Translations under genes and position numbers: made by a program
Part shown: one piece after another, positions 24,001 through 36,158 of the stretch
How the letters are laid out: each line of letters opens with the position of its first letter
How positions within the stretch are numbered: position 1 is the stretch's first letter
Notes under the pieces: generated by a model
Seen by the model: only the letters and a program-made list of their open reading frames with translations
Told to the model about the DNA's origin: nothing
Database searches by the model: none
Source of the DNA: Octopus bimaculoides
Lineage: Eukaryota
Length of the DNA stretch: 56,406 nucleotides
Assembly: GCF_001194135.2 (NCBI RefSeq)
Contig: NC_068984.1
Coordinates: 132,396,355-132,452,760, forward strand
Reading direction: 5' to 3'

Positions 24001-24300
24001 CCAACCCTTGCTGGTTTCCAAACAAAATAGTTTCCTATGGCCAGATGTACCTAGTGTAACTATAATCCAATGTTTCAGCATGTTTCTTTCAGTATAACCT
24101 CACAGTTATGTTGTCTAACCCATGAGTGTATTCTGTATTACAATGTTTGTATTCACTGTAACAAGTGACTATGTTCTGTGTAAAACAGTTGTGATCAATG
24201 CAACCTTTTGTTATGATGTGTAAATAACAGTTCATTATAACACAATTGTTTTGTATAACCATTGTTGTCATGAATGTGGGTTGTGTTCTATTTAACTTAT

Positions 24301-24674
24301 ACTCTTTTACTTGTTTCAGTCATTTGACTGTGGCCATGCTGGAGCACCGCCTTTAGTTGAGCAAATCGACCCCAGGACTTATTCTTTGTAAGCCTAGTAC
24401 TTATTCTATCGGTCTCTTATGCCGAACCACTAAGTTATGGGGACGTAAACACACCAGCATTGTTCCCCCAACATCGCTTGGCAACCAAACATAGACACAC
24501 ACATATATATACGATGGGCTTCTTTCAGTTTCTGTCTACCATATCCACTCACAAGGCTTTGGTCGGCCCGAGGCTATTGTAGAAGACACTTGCCCAAGGT
24601 GCCACGCAGTGGGACTGAACCCAGAACCATGTGGTTGGTAAACAAGCTACTTACCACACAGCCACTCCTGCGCC
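24301..24674 (-). mobile_element. Near full-length SINE family A (tRNA head to TTTTACTTGTTTCAGTC-type tail)
   Basis: The head seen at 163-324 and the tail seen at 15420-15551 are joined here through a short (TA/CA)n spacer. Confidence 0.85.
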
Positions 24675-25560
24675 TATGGTTGTTTTCAGTGTGATCATCA
24701 TCATTTAATATACATGTTCCATACTGGCATTGGTTGGACAGTTCAACAGGATTTGACTAACCTGAGAGCTGTGTTGGTCTCCATTGTCTACTTTGACAAG
24801 GTTTCTATAGTTGAATGCCCTTCTTAATGCCAACCACTATACAGAGCATACTGAACACCTTTCTTTTCATGGCACCTGCACTAGTGAGGTCACCGAGTAA
24901 TTTACAAGACAAGATTGCTTCAATGAGTGGAACTGCAGTATTGAGGGAGGTGTCTTTGTGTCAGGTTTAGAGAGGCTGAAGTAGAAAAGACGCATAGGAA
25001 CAGTGTCACGTCGTGGAAGAGGTAGAAGGGTAACCCAGCAGGAAAGAGCGAAAGGATGGTGAATCATTATCCTGTTCAGTGTATTCCATATTTACGTTCT
25101 ATGTTCATTTTAACCCATGGCTTTGATCAATGTCATTATAATAGCAGTAAAGAAGAGTTTTGCTTAAGAATGCAATGCATCACCTGGTTCAGGAATCAAA
25201 CCACAATCTTACGGTCAGGAGTCCAACACCCTAACCACTAAGCCACATGCCTCTCTCATGTTGGTTATGTTTTGTGCCATACAGTTTTTGGTCTTTCTCG
25301 CTTTCTTCTTTCCCCACTAATGGTGTCCATTTGAAAATTGTTTTGGAATGGTGTTATTCTGGTAGCTGCAGTAGCTTTAGGGGAACAAAATTTAGCTGAA
25401 AGTGAAGTGGATTCAAGAGGAAATCAGAATATTAGTCATTATTGTAATAATTTCTCTCAAATCTGAAGACTATTAAAACAAAATAATGAAGATGAATATG
25501 TTGTTTAATAAAAATTTAACAATACAGTATTTAATAATTCTTTTACATTTCAATATTGAT

Positions 25561-25951
25561 TACCTTCTGCCAAGGAAAGAGGTTATGTTTTCATCGGTGT
25601 TGGTTTATCCGTCTGTGTGCAAAATAACTCAAAAAGGTTTGAACAGTATTTGATGAAACTTGCAGGAAAAGTTGGTAACGACACAAGGAACAGATGATGA
25701 AATTTTGGTAGTGATCTGGGAGTTTTTATGGATTCTTGAAGGATTTTTCATTTGTTATATTTACTTTACATGAAGTATTACAATGTTATGTTCTTTATCT
25801 CCCTTGAAAACATTAATTATTTTCACGTAACCTATGGTGGTGTTGCTGTTTCCAAAGTTTATTTTCGTTTCTCTATTAGTAATTTTACTCGTGTATCTAT
25901 CTTAAAATGAGCTGCTTGGCGGAGGTCTGCGCTCTCTGAGTGCTTTTCTAG
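25561..25951 (+). mobile_element. Helentron/DINE-like non-autonomous rolling-circle element
   Basis: 5' subTIR CCTTCTGCCAAG (25563-25574), 3' subTIR CTTGGCGGAGG (25915-25925), 3' hairpin GCGCTC-TCT-GAGTGC (25929-25943), CTAG end followed by a T-run. Confidence 0.7.
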
Positions 25952-26030
25952 TTTTTACTTATGTAAAGGAGTTATTTTAATGGAAGGGGAAGGGGCCATT
26001 TAAATCTGGTGTAGTACATTTACACTTCAA

Positions 26031-26335
26031 TTTTTCTTTCTTACATACTAAGTCTAGAGGAAGGGCTGTGCCCATGACTTTTGCAATTCCTTTGAGACTA
26101 ATGAAGTTGATGATGTTAATGTTTCGTTTAAATTGTTGGAAGTTGGCTCCTGCAGGAAAGACATGAACAGGGAGGAGATTCCAAGGAGCCAATGTTCTGG
26201 GAAGGGAAGACTGGCTGTAGTGGTTAGTGCAAGACCTGGCAATTGCATACAAGGGTAATGAGTGAGTCGAGAGCACCTGAGTGGAAGAGTTACAAGAACA
26301 GTCAGCTCAAAGGAACAGAGGCCATTATAGTAGTG
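26031..26335 (-). mobile_element. 3' end of a CR1/L2/Jockey-like LINE (RT C-terminus)
   Basis: Minus-strand translation RSCTNHYSQSSLPRTLAPWNLLPVHVFPAGANFQQFKRNIN matches the RT..Y..SF.PRT...WN.LP..VFP...N...FK pattern. Confidence 0.7.
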
Positions 26336-27360
26336 ATAATAAAGCTGTATCGTACAATACACGTAACCTTCAATGATGTCCAGACTATATTATAGTACTT
26401 GATAACACCAAACCACAAGTATTACTTATTCCTCAGATGACATCTATTATTCCACAGTTCGTGAAAGTTCATAATTCAAAACTCTAACACATTATATGCA
26501 ATCATCAAGGGTAGCCATCTGGCAGAATAATTAGCGAAATGTTTAGCCCCTTTGTGGGCAATAAAGAAATAAGAATCATTAGTGAAATGCTTAATGGTAT
26601 TTCATTTGTCTTCACGTTCCGAGTTCAAATTCTGCCAGGGTTGACTTTTAATAAGTACCAGTTACTCACTGGGGTGGATGTAATCGACTTACCCCTCCCA
26701 CCAAATTTCAGGCCTTGAGCCTACAGTAGAAAAGATTATCTGCAGTCATCATATTTGTCTTGGATAACTGTAGACTCTCTACAGGGTCCAAATAGGTTGA
26801 CATGTAAATAGCATAAAACTGACTGTTACAAATATAGGTACCTGAGAATGTGTACATCTTTCGAGTGTTCATATTCTCATAGGCTCCGAAGACAGTCAGT
26901 TGATAGAAATGATATTAAACACCTCTTGGTATTGAACTACATTTCTCAACTTTATGGGTTGACCTTGTTCTTTATCTTATCCCTGCAGGGCTCAATAAAA
27001 TAAATACCTGTAATATACTGGTACTGATTTCCAATAGCATAACAAAGTTTCTCGGTATCCAAGAGCAAACACACTTTTGGTGCCCTCCCCTTAATAGGCA
27101 TGACAGACCAGAGACACTTTTGCATTCTTTCATGGCTGCACCTGAAGGCTGTCGGAAAGCATACTTTCTAGTCATGCCTCAGTTGGTTAGCTCTCCAATA
27201 AAAGTCAGTCTTGCATATAGTCTCCAGCCATAGTTTTGTAGTCTCTACTGATATACAGACTGCTAACACAAGGGTTCATTTATTCTCTGGCTGATTGAAC
27301 CATAAGAACACTCTCCATATTTCAAAACACTTGTGTCAAATGCTGAGGCTTGGTATGGAA

Positions 27361-27393
27361 TCATGTTTCAATCTGGGACTTCAGCTGGAGATA
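27361..27393 (-). CDS. IQCC: IQCC-like protein, exon 4 (terminal)
   Basis: ttttcag|TAT CTC CAG CTG AAG TCC CAG ATT GAA ACA TGA (YLQLKSQIET*), phase 0. AATAAA on the minus strand at 27284-27279. Confidence 0.85.
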   Translation of the reverse strand, partial: YLQLKSQIET

Positions 27394-27507
27394 CTGAAAA
27401 GATAAAACAGATACATCATGTCACATACTTGTAATTAAACTATGATCATAATATTGCCATTCTCCCACAATTTCCACACCATGAGGGCCACAATGGAACA
27501 GGATCTA

Positions 27508-27716
27508 CAGGGTGTCCACAAAGTCTGGGTACATGGGGATTAACACATACTTTAAGAAATTATTATTTCTTATACTTACTTGTTTATGTTATGATTTTAT
27601 TTACTCCATGTACCCACATGGGGATTAACACATACTTTAAGAAATTATTATTTCTTATATTTAATTGTTTATGTTATATTATTTACTCCATGTACCCAGA
27701 CTTTGTGGACACCCTG
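27508..27716. mobile_element. Tc1/mariner-type MITE with 29-bp perfect TIRs, TA TSD and an internal ~85-bp tandem duplication
   Basis: TA|CAGGGTGTCCACAAAGTCTGGGTACATGG ... CCATGTACCCAGACTTTGTGGACACCCTG|TA. Confidence 0.9.
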
Positions 27717-27970
27717 TACATCATCACTGCTTAGATTAAGATTTACTGCATTTTCCAGCATACAAGTCAGATTTATCAGATCAAAAAAGGTAGGTCAACA
27801 TTTACACCAAAACGACTTTGGAGGACCAAAAATTCCATGTAAAATGCATCAGAATTTGGAAAGATAGTTACAATGTTTGAATGTTTCCACTATATACATC
27901 AACTTGTATGCCAGAAAATATGGTAAATAAGAAATTTGTATTAAAATTAGAGGTAAATCAGAATACTGAA

Positions 27971-28280
27971 TGATTGGCACTGTCAGTTACATTGGCAAGG
28001 ATTCCAGTTGACCTGATCAACAGAACAGCCTGCTAGTGGCTGAACATGCCACAGACTGTTATACCCTTAACGTAGTTCTCTGGGAGATTCAGCATGACAC
28101 TGAATGTTACTAAGCTGGTCCATTGAAATCCAGGTACTACTTATTTTTGCTAGCTTTGTGTACTGGAGCTATGTGAAATAAAGTGTCTTGCTCAAGGACA
28201 AAACACACCACCAGGAATTGAACTTATGATCTTACGCTCATGAACCGAATACCCTAACCACTAAGACATGCACCTTCACT
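27971..28280 (-). mobile_element. tRNA-derived SINE family C with 10-bp TSD
   Basis: GAATACTGAA at 27961-27970 and 28281-28290; body homologous to 16710-17094 and 48811-49137. Confidence 0.8.
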
Positions 28281-28739
28281 GAATACTGAAACACTTTTGG
28301 TAATATGCTAATTGTTGCTTTTAATAAAAATTGATTCTTAATGCAAGTTCAAGAATTACAAATTAATTTCTTCTTCAGCCAAATAACACACACTCACATA
28401 TACATACATACATACAATGGGCTTGCTGTACAGTTTCTATCTATCAATTTTTACTCACAAGACATTGGTCAACCTGAGGATATAGAAGACTATTAACCAA
28501 GGTGCCATGCAGTGGGGTGGAACCCAAAACCACATGGCTGTAAGGCAAACTTCTTAAGTACACAGCATGCCTGCACCTATACCCAAGTGTGCATTTAGTA
28601 CCTTATTTATCTGCCTAAAACATCAATATACACCTTTCTTCGTAGCATATGAAATTCTTTCATGCTGCAAATTTTATCAACAATTAGGCTGAAGGTTTTA
28701 TAAATTTTATCCAGAGTTATGCTGAAGCTTTCAACTCAC

Positions 28740-28855
28740 ATTTTTCCGACTTGATATTGCTTGTTGTATCCACACTAACTCCATGGCCAAATTCTGTCTC
28801 TCCTGCAGTAAAGAGCTTGCACTTTCTGAAGATTGGATGTCATCCAGTGTGATGT
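28740..28855 (-). CDS. IQCC: IQCC-like protein, exon 3
   Basis: aatcag|AC...AAT|gtgagt. DITLDDIQSSESASSLLQERQNLAMELVWIQQAISSRKN matches the IQCC hallmark LAMELLWLQQAINSRKEYL. Confidence 0.92.
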
Positions 28856-29099
28856 CTGATTTATGATGAGAACAAAAGCAAATGGATTATTATCATTAAA
28901 CTGCACAAATAACAGCAACTCAGATTACAGTATTGATATATAACATGTAGTATACTACACTGTGTTTATGAAATATGACAAAGTAATGTTTGTATATGAT
29001 GGTTAACAAGGCCATGATCCAACCGATCACCGGTGGGGTTTTGGGAGCTATAATAAAGAATTTTAGTGTAAACCTTGGAAAGTTTGATCTTGATCTGGG

Positions 29100-29421
29100 A
29101 ACAGGTACAACTACTGGCACTCCATCAGTCATCGCAAGGGTCCCAGCTGACCTGATCAACAGAACAATCTACTCATGTAATTAACGTACAAGTGGCTGAG
29201 TACTCCACAGATACGTGTACTCTCAATGTAGTTCTCAGGGAGATTCAGCATGAGACAAGATGTGATAAGGTTGGCCTTTTGAAATACAAGTACCACTCAT
29301 TTTCACCAGCTAACATGAAATAAAGTGTCTTGCTCAAGGACACAATGGGCCACCAAGAATTGAACTCATGACCTTACAACTGTGAACCAAATACCCTTAA
29401 AACTCAGCCACATACCTTCAC
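29100..29421 (-). mobile_element. tRNA-derived SINE family C copy
   Basis: GTGGCTGAGTACTCCACAG...GTGTCTTGCTCAAGGACAC body shared with the other family C copies. Confidence 0.75.
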
Positions 29422-29514
29422 TGGGAATGGGTTCAGTTTAGATAACCTGTTTATCTGCTTCAGCAAGAACTATATCTGAAAGTCCTCAATACAAAGTAAA
29501 AACAGATATCATCA

Positions 29515-30122
29515 TCATCATCATCGTTTTAATGCCTACTTTTCCAGGCCTGCATGGGTCAGACAGAAGTTTATTGAGGCAAATTTTCTATGACTGGATG
29601 CCTTCCCTGTCACCAAACCTCACCTGTTCCCAAGCAGGTAATATTTCTCTTTAGCCAGACATGTTTTTGCAGAATACTGGAAATGAATGACACTGCTTGT
29701 ACGAGAGTGACACGGAGCGCTAACAGCACCGTCTGAGCGTGATCGTTGCCAGAGCAGCTGTCTGGCTTCCGTGCCAGTGGCACGTAAATAGCACCATTTT
29801 GAGCATGGCTGTTGCCAGTACTGCCTGACTGGCCTTTGTGCCGGTGGCACGTAAAAGCTCCCACTACACTCTCGGAGTGGTTGGCGTTAGGAAGGGCATC
29901 CAGCTCTAAAAACTCTGCNNNNNNNNNNGCCTGACTGGCCTTTGTGCCGGTGGCACGTAAAAGCTCCCACTACACTCTCGGAGTGGTTGGCGTTAGGAAG
30001 GGCATCCAGCTCTAAAAACTCTGCCATATCAGATTGGAGCCTGGTGTAGCCATCTGGTTCGCCAGTCCTCAGTCAAATCGTCCGACCCATGCTAGCATGG
30101 AAAGCAGACGTTAAATGATGAT
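29515..30122. mobile_element. Composite of family A SINE segments in both orientations around a 10-N gap
   Basis: A minus-oriented (CAT)n-tailed piece is followed by a plus-oriented body and tail; 96 bp are duplicated across the gap. Confidence 0.7.
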
Positions 30123-30486
30123 TAGCATAAAAGGACTTTAACAGGAGAAGAAACAAGAATGCTTTTCATTCTGAACCACAGATTGTGGTCTAATAGAAAT
30201 TAAGCAAGTTACAACACTAACACTATTAACAGCAAAATAATAAAAATGACAATGATAATGTTTAAGTTTAGTAGAAAGAGACACAGAAGGGAAGTGGGAG
30301 TGTACAGTTGGTCTAATCAGTTCAAGTACTTCACTGGAATTTATCCTATCAACCCAGGCAGAATGAAAGAGGAAGTCAACTCTGGCAGTATAACCTCAGA
30401 ATGTAAAAAAGCCGTAACTAAATATCACAAGGTAATCAGTCAGACATCCTAACATTTCTGCTACTGAAATACAAATATATAATTAC

Positions 30487-31183
30487 CTGGAGATGATGGG
30501 GTACTGTCCCAAACTGAGGTGACATCAGTGAAAGATGAACAGTCAAATGATGTAGAAGATACAGGCAGACAAAATGATGCTGTAGAAATGGAGCCATTGC
30601 CATTTTTCATGAACTGTTCTTTTCTTGAATTTCTTGGAAGGCTATTTCCATTTCTAAACAAATGATCACAATGATTTGAAGTTTTTCTATCAAATTCTGT
30701 CTCACTGCTGTCCGTATGCAAGGAAATTTTTCTCTCTTTCTTCAGTTGCTCTGACTCAAAAGAGTCTTCTATAAAATGATTCTGATCTTTTTCAACCAAT
30801 TCTTCACCTCTATGTACTTCTTTGTCTCTTTCACTATTAGTTCCTTGTATATTGTAAAGTTCAGTGGTATTTACAGGTGTTTGATTATTTAGACACTGGT
30901 TCAAAGAATTTGATGTCTTTGAAGAACGCTTGTTAAAATTTCCAGGAATCGAATGGTTCTCTTGTTTAGTTAGAAGTTCAGGAGGTTTTGATTTATGTGG
31001 TTTAGAACTCAACTGGAATGGTTTACAACTTTCTTTCTTTGAAGAAAATTCAGGTAAGCACAACAAATTTCTTTTCCAAACAACATGAAGATTTCCATTG
31101 GGATGAATTTCCTGCATAATTTCCTCAAATTCTGTTCTTAGTTTTTTCATCCGATGTCGGACAACAAAACCACGAATATGAGC
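30487..31183 (-). CDS. IQCC: IQCC-like protein, exon 2 (second half of IQ motif plus low-complexity linker)
   Basis: cctatag|GCT...CCA G|gtaatt, 697 nt. AHIRGFVVRHRMKKLRTEFEEIMQEIHP resembles IQCC [28 protein letters not shown]. Confidence 0.92.
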
Positions 31184-33769
31184 CTATAGGAATAAATAAA
31201 TAAATAAATACATATAATGGATATGATACTTTGGGAGTAATAACAGCATAAATAAAGATATAAATAGGCAACAACTGGACCGTCTGAGATATAAGAAGAA
31301 AGAAAACAATAGATATAAGCTTGCGACACAAGGTGTCAATGATATAACAGGCCTGTTTACATTTGTATTAGGGCCTTTAGCCCGAAGGGGTTACTGAAGT
31401 GAATCACTTTTAACATATTAGAAGAAATAACTGCCAAATCTCCTTCAAATCACACTCTACCTTAGAAAAGGAAGTGTAATGAAGTCCTAAATACATGAAT
31501 GACCATGGGATTTGTACCTAGAAAGCTTCCCCTCCAAGGCACAAGTCTGGGCAAGGTTGTTTATGGAAGACCAGCAGACACCCACGCATACTAGCCCCCC
31601 CCCCACATCTCTATGCCACTGATGTTACCCAAGGGAAAGACAAAGGGCGACGCAGCTTGACACCAGTGACATCACAACTCATTTCTACAGCTGAGTGAAC
31701 TAGAGCAACGTGAAATAAAGTGTCTTGCTCAAGAACACAACATACAGTCCAGTCCAGGAATCGAACTCACTACCTCATGATTGTTAGCCTGACACTCTAA
31801 CCACTGAGCCATGCACCTTTGTATTCTTTCTTGGTCCAGTCCTTGTTATGGCGTGGTGGCATCATCATCATCATTTCATAACCATTTTCCATGCTGTCAT
31901 GGGTTTGATGGCTTAAGCCTTGCTGTCTGCTCTGGATGCCCTTCTTCATGCCAACCACTTTATACAGCATACTGGGTGCATTTTACTCACAAGACATTGG
32001 TCAGCCTGAGGATATAGAAGATTATTAACCAAAGTGCCATGCAGTGGGGTGAAACCCAAAACCACATGGCTGTAAGGCAAACTCTGTCAAAAACTTGCCC
32101 TGTAGCTTAACACTTACTTCTGAAGACAAGAGGAATAAAAAAAAAAACTTTTACTTGAAAAAACAGAAGAGTGTTAGTGTCCAACTGTAACATAATTCCA
32201 CAGTAATTAACATTTGTGCAACATACGATAGTATTGGGAAAAAACAGGCATTAAACAAATAAAGAGAAATTTAATCAGAAGTCATAAAGCAGTAACAGAG
32301 AGAAAAATATATCGGAAATGTGAAACCATCATAGGATAGTTGAAGGTTACAAGAGCCCTTCATCTAGCTTTTATTAAAAGTTTTAATCTAGTTTTCTGTG
32401 GTATGGAGTTGTGTTGAAGACATGTCAACCCAGTTGGATTACAGCACCAATTTATCTGAGCTTTGTTGCCAAATTGCGAACGGTGATATGTTCACACCAG
32501 ACATCAAATTATTTCAGTACTTCAAGTCAAAGCTAGCTGAAGTTAATTGTTTTGTTGAAAGGTGAAAGACTAAGTAAAAACTGCATGAAATTTGAACCAA
32601 GGGACAGTAGGTCCGAATTTCGTTACTGACAAGTAGTAATTACGACAGTTGCAATTGGTTGAAATACAATAGGGAATATAGTTACTGGTTGAAGGGTCAA
32701 CTTCTGTTATTTTTGCACCGCATTAACAGTTTGCCATCTACATTAAAAAAATATTGTCACTCAAGTAGCAATATACCTCATCACACAATACTGGTTACCC
32801 TTAACTGTAACCTAACTACTTCGTTATACCCAAATGTTTCCATCATATTTTTGTTGTACCAAAGTGAAGGATGCTGGAGAATCAGGTGTTGTGGCAATGT
32901 CCTGCAAAATTAACCTTCGTTAGCTCAATTCACCAAGTGACAACAGGAGCAATGCATAATAGACAAGTGTTTACATTAGATTGCAGTGCTAAGTTCAAGT
33001 ACGCCTGTTGGCTTAAGCTATGAGAGAAGCTATGATATAAGCACTCATATTACAATCTTACTGAACAAATTTTATCCTCTCCACATTTAAAGTAGACTTG
33101 ATATGAATGAATCAATTACGGTGACATTGTTTGTTCATCAACTGAGTCATAAAAGACGAAGATAATTAGTTAAAAGAGTGAAGAGTAGTGAGACATCTAT
33201 CTACACGTGTCTTAGTTCAAAAACAGGTGTCGATTATTAATTTTTGACTACAATTAATGTTTGAGCAGAACAAGTATCACAAAATCTCGTTTCCCCTTTC
33301 ATTAAATATCTGAAGAAACATTTAATAAGAAAAGAACAATCTTTAACTAAAGTGGTAGTAATTAAAAGTGAACCAACAATAATAGGGAATGTGCAAAAAT
33401 AAATTCGCGTCCTTGAATAACCGAAACGAATAAGTAAAAGGTTATTGTTTCAGATTACTGCTTTAATTTTTGTTAACACCAGCGTTGAGTTAACTTATTG
33501 ACTAATAAACACACACACATATGTAACTGTTAGAACTTTCCGTTTTCGCTAAATCGGTGTCCTTTTTTTTGTTTTATTTCCTTTTACCGGTTTCACGAAC
33601 CTTCGGTTTAATAAAAGATATTGGTTTAATGGGATGTCCCGCTCGATCATAGCTAGCAGTGCTGCATAACAACAACATTTACCTTTACACCTAATGGAAT
33701 ACAAACCACTATCTACAGACAAAAGCGATACATCAGTATGTAATTAGAGCCACGAAAATCTCGAAATAC

Positions 33770-33847
33770 CTGCAGTACGAGAATCTGACGGAGTGCAATA
33801 GAAGGATTGCTTCGGCTGAAAGAGTATGTACCACTTTGAGAAGTCAT
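33770..33847 (-). CDS. IQCC: IQCC-like protein, exon 1
   Basis: ATG at 33847-33845. MTSQSGTYSFSRSNPSIALRQILVLQ|gtattt; the phase-0 join completes the IQ motif LQAHIRGFVVR. Total CDS 924 nt (307 aa). Confidence 0.85.
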
Positions 33848-33933
33848 TTTGGTAGCTTTTGGTAACCAAGAAAGCTAGCCAATCACAGGCCTCCTTTTAT
33901 CGTCAGTCGGCTCTTCATTCTAAGAAGATGGCG
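33848..33933. promoter_or_regulatory. Compact bidirectional promoter region between IQCC and Archease
   Basis: 80 bp between divergent ATGs. CCAAT box AGCCAATCA (33877-33885), CGTCA half-CRE (33901-33905), YY1-type AAGATGGCG over the Archease ATG (33925-33933); locally CpG-enriched. Confidence 0.7.
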
Positions 33934-33991
33934 AACAATTCTACCAACAATGATTTCCTGGACACGGAACTGCCTGTTATTAAATATGAAT
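33928..33991 (+). CDS. ZBTB8OS: Archease exon 1
   Basis: ATG in good context. MANNSTNNDFLDTELPVIKYE T|gtaatt (phase 1); KYE|Y matches the archease N-terminus. Confidence 0.88.
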
Positions 33992-35214
33992 GTAATTATT
34001 AGAAAATACATTTTCTTTGCTTTCAGTTATTTTGTCTTGATCGTTTATTAGCTCTGTATTTACTTGTTATCCTTCATACCATTTGTCTTTTCCTTGATGA
34101 TATAATAACCTGCTTTTGAAACCGTTTCAGCGCACTCATTGCGCAATCTTACATGTAAACAAAATGACTTGGAATCATTGTTTTGTTTTTGAGTGTGTTA
34201 ATATACACATCAGATAATGTAGAAATGGGTAAGCACCGTGTTTGGATGGGGCTACCATTGATGATTTTCGTCTTTTCGTTTCTTAACTAAGAAGTTATTA
34301 GTTGTAGAGAAAATGCGTAGTTTCGATTTAAAACAGTTTCTGTATAGCATGCTACACGATCAGACCGAAATTTAAAAGTAATAACTTTTAATCAGGTTCA
34401 AGGCAAAGTCCTTTGATATAGACTGCTGAATGGATAACAGCATTTTTTTTTTTCGATCTTTCTGTTTTAATAGTTACGATGAGAGAAAGGTACCCTCAGA
34501 CTGGAGATTCGATCCGGATACTTACAACATAGTGGACATCGCTAAAGACATCCGAAGGCCGGATTAAATCTGCCTTATTCATGAGATGATCTGGTGGTTG
34601 CTTCTAATAAAATGTAACAGATTTGGAAGAACTAGTCGTAATCTTTATTGGCTATAATCAGTTTGATAAAGCTCACAAAATAGAATAGATTTGAGGTAAA
34701 GAGAGAAGGATCTTTCGTGCATAATGTACTATATTGTTCTGGTGAAACTTGCTTAGCAGCTAAGTGAACTGGGCATTTGAGAGTTTCCCTGTTGACTTTA
34801 AAGACACTAGCTGGTGATCACTGACTTCTGAACTGATTGCCTGATACTGTAAACAGTCTATCCGCGTTCTCCATACATTCGTATATACACGGATAGAGGA
34901 TCCGATCCGGAACATCAGAATTCTCGTTCTCATCGTACTCAAATTTATTCCATTTTGTGGACTTATAACCGTAGATCTGGTTGTACGTGGCTAAGATACT
35001 ACCGGCATGTTGGTTATGATATAAGAGGTGCTTGTGGTAATCGTGAGATACTATTTACTTGAGTGGAGTTTCTCATAAGTGGCAGAAACTGTGAGGTTTG
35101 AAAAGGAGATAGACAAATGGCCATGTTTAATAAAAATTCAGTTGGTTTAAAATTTTTTAAATTTGTCAAACCCTAGTGAAGAAAGAAGAATTATACAGAT
35201 GCAAAATCTATTAA

Positions 35215-35493
35215 CCCATTACCTCCCATAATTCTATTAACTGGAATTTTTTTTTATGAAACTTTGATTTTTAGCATAAAACAGCCTTAGAAGCACGCTG
35301 GAATGATCAAAATAACATTTTAAATAGAAATAAGCGGGATATTGGGTGAAAAATTAGCAAACCTCATTTGAATATCAGAGAAATATTCCTAGTAGATATA
35401 GCAAAAAGGTTAGATATGTGTAAATATTGACAGATAATTACGAAATGTGTAATTTTTAAGTGATCTCATATGAGATCACTGGTAGGTAATGGG
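35215..35493. mobile_element. piggyBac-type MITE
   Basis: TTAA|CCCATTACCTCCC ... GGTAGGTAATGGG|TTAA (13-bp TIR, 1 mismatch, TTAA TSD); internal 20-bp palindrome at 35460-35479. Confidence 0.8.
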
Positions 35494-35835
35494 TTAATCT
35501 ATTTTGTTATCTCATTGATAAGGAGGTGGAAAGAAATTCAAGCATTTCACTGATACTTTTTTGGTGGTGGTGGGTGTCACTGCTGTTTGTCAGTTTGAGA
35601 ACCACTGTCTCAGAGAGGATTTACTCCCAGTGCCCTCCTGTATCTAACATACCCTCCCCCGAGTCATTCCCATACTATAGCCAGATGTCTTTCTTGTTGC
35701 CAAAACTTATCTGTTTCCAAGCAAGATAATATCTCCCTATAGCTAGATATGCTTTTGCAGAATATTGGAAATGAATGACATTAATTTACAACAAACATGC
35801 AATGTCAAGGTACATACATACATGCATACATATAT

Positions 35836-35923
35836 AATGATAAACTTCTGGAAAGTTTTATAGATTTTTGCATACATATGTATGTATGTAAAAATCTGTA
35901 AAACTTTCCAGAAGTTTATCATT
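35836..35923. repeat. Fold-back inverted repeat with 43-bp arms and a 2-nt loop
   Basis: AATGATAAACTTCTGGAAAGTTTT...CATACATA / TATGTATG...AAAACTTTCCAGAAGTTTATCATT. The two mismatches are G-U on the plus strand. Confidence 0.9.
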
Positions 35924-36158
35924 TAAATATATATGAGCATGTCTAGATATATAACTATATGCATGAGAATACATACATAAAGTAAAACATACAAATCTGC
36001 ACATATACATACATACATACAAACAAAAATACCCTGTTGTTGATGTTGAAATTCCAATGAAGGAGCCTTAAATCTAGGTTAGAAACCAGCTTTTACTCTG
36101 TTGGCAAGAAATCTCGAAATAAAACTGGACAATGACATACACATGTACATACATACAA

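Noticed and set aside
27532-27698. Repeat-like array considered as CRISPR
   Set aside because: Eukaryotic context, two adjacent units with no unique spacers, inside a MITE.
29823-30024. 96-bp tandem duplication
   Set aside because: Exact copies either side of a 10-N gap; assembly artefact.
34857-34897. Small CpG-rich hairpin in Archease intron 1
   Set aside because: Short imperfect stem with no snoRNA boxes or other family features; expected by chance.
36040-36105. Possible third hammerhead-like motif (ATGAAGGAGCCT...AGGTTAGAAACC)
   Set aside because: The core does not fit even with a 3-8 swap, the stem II closing pair is missing and no stem I can be drawn.
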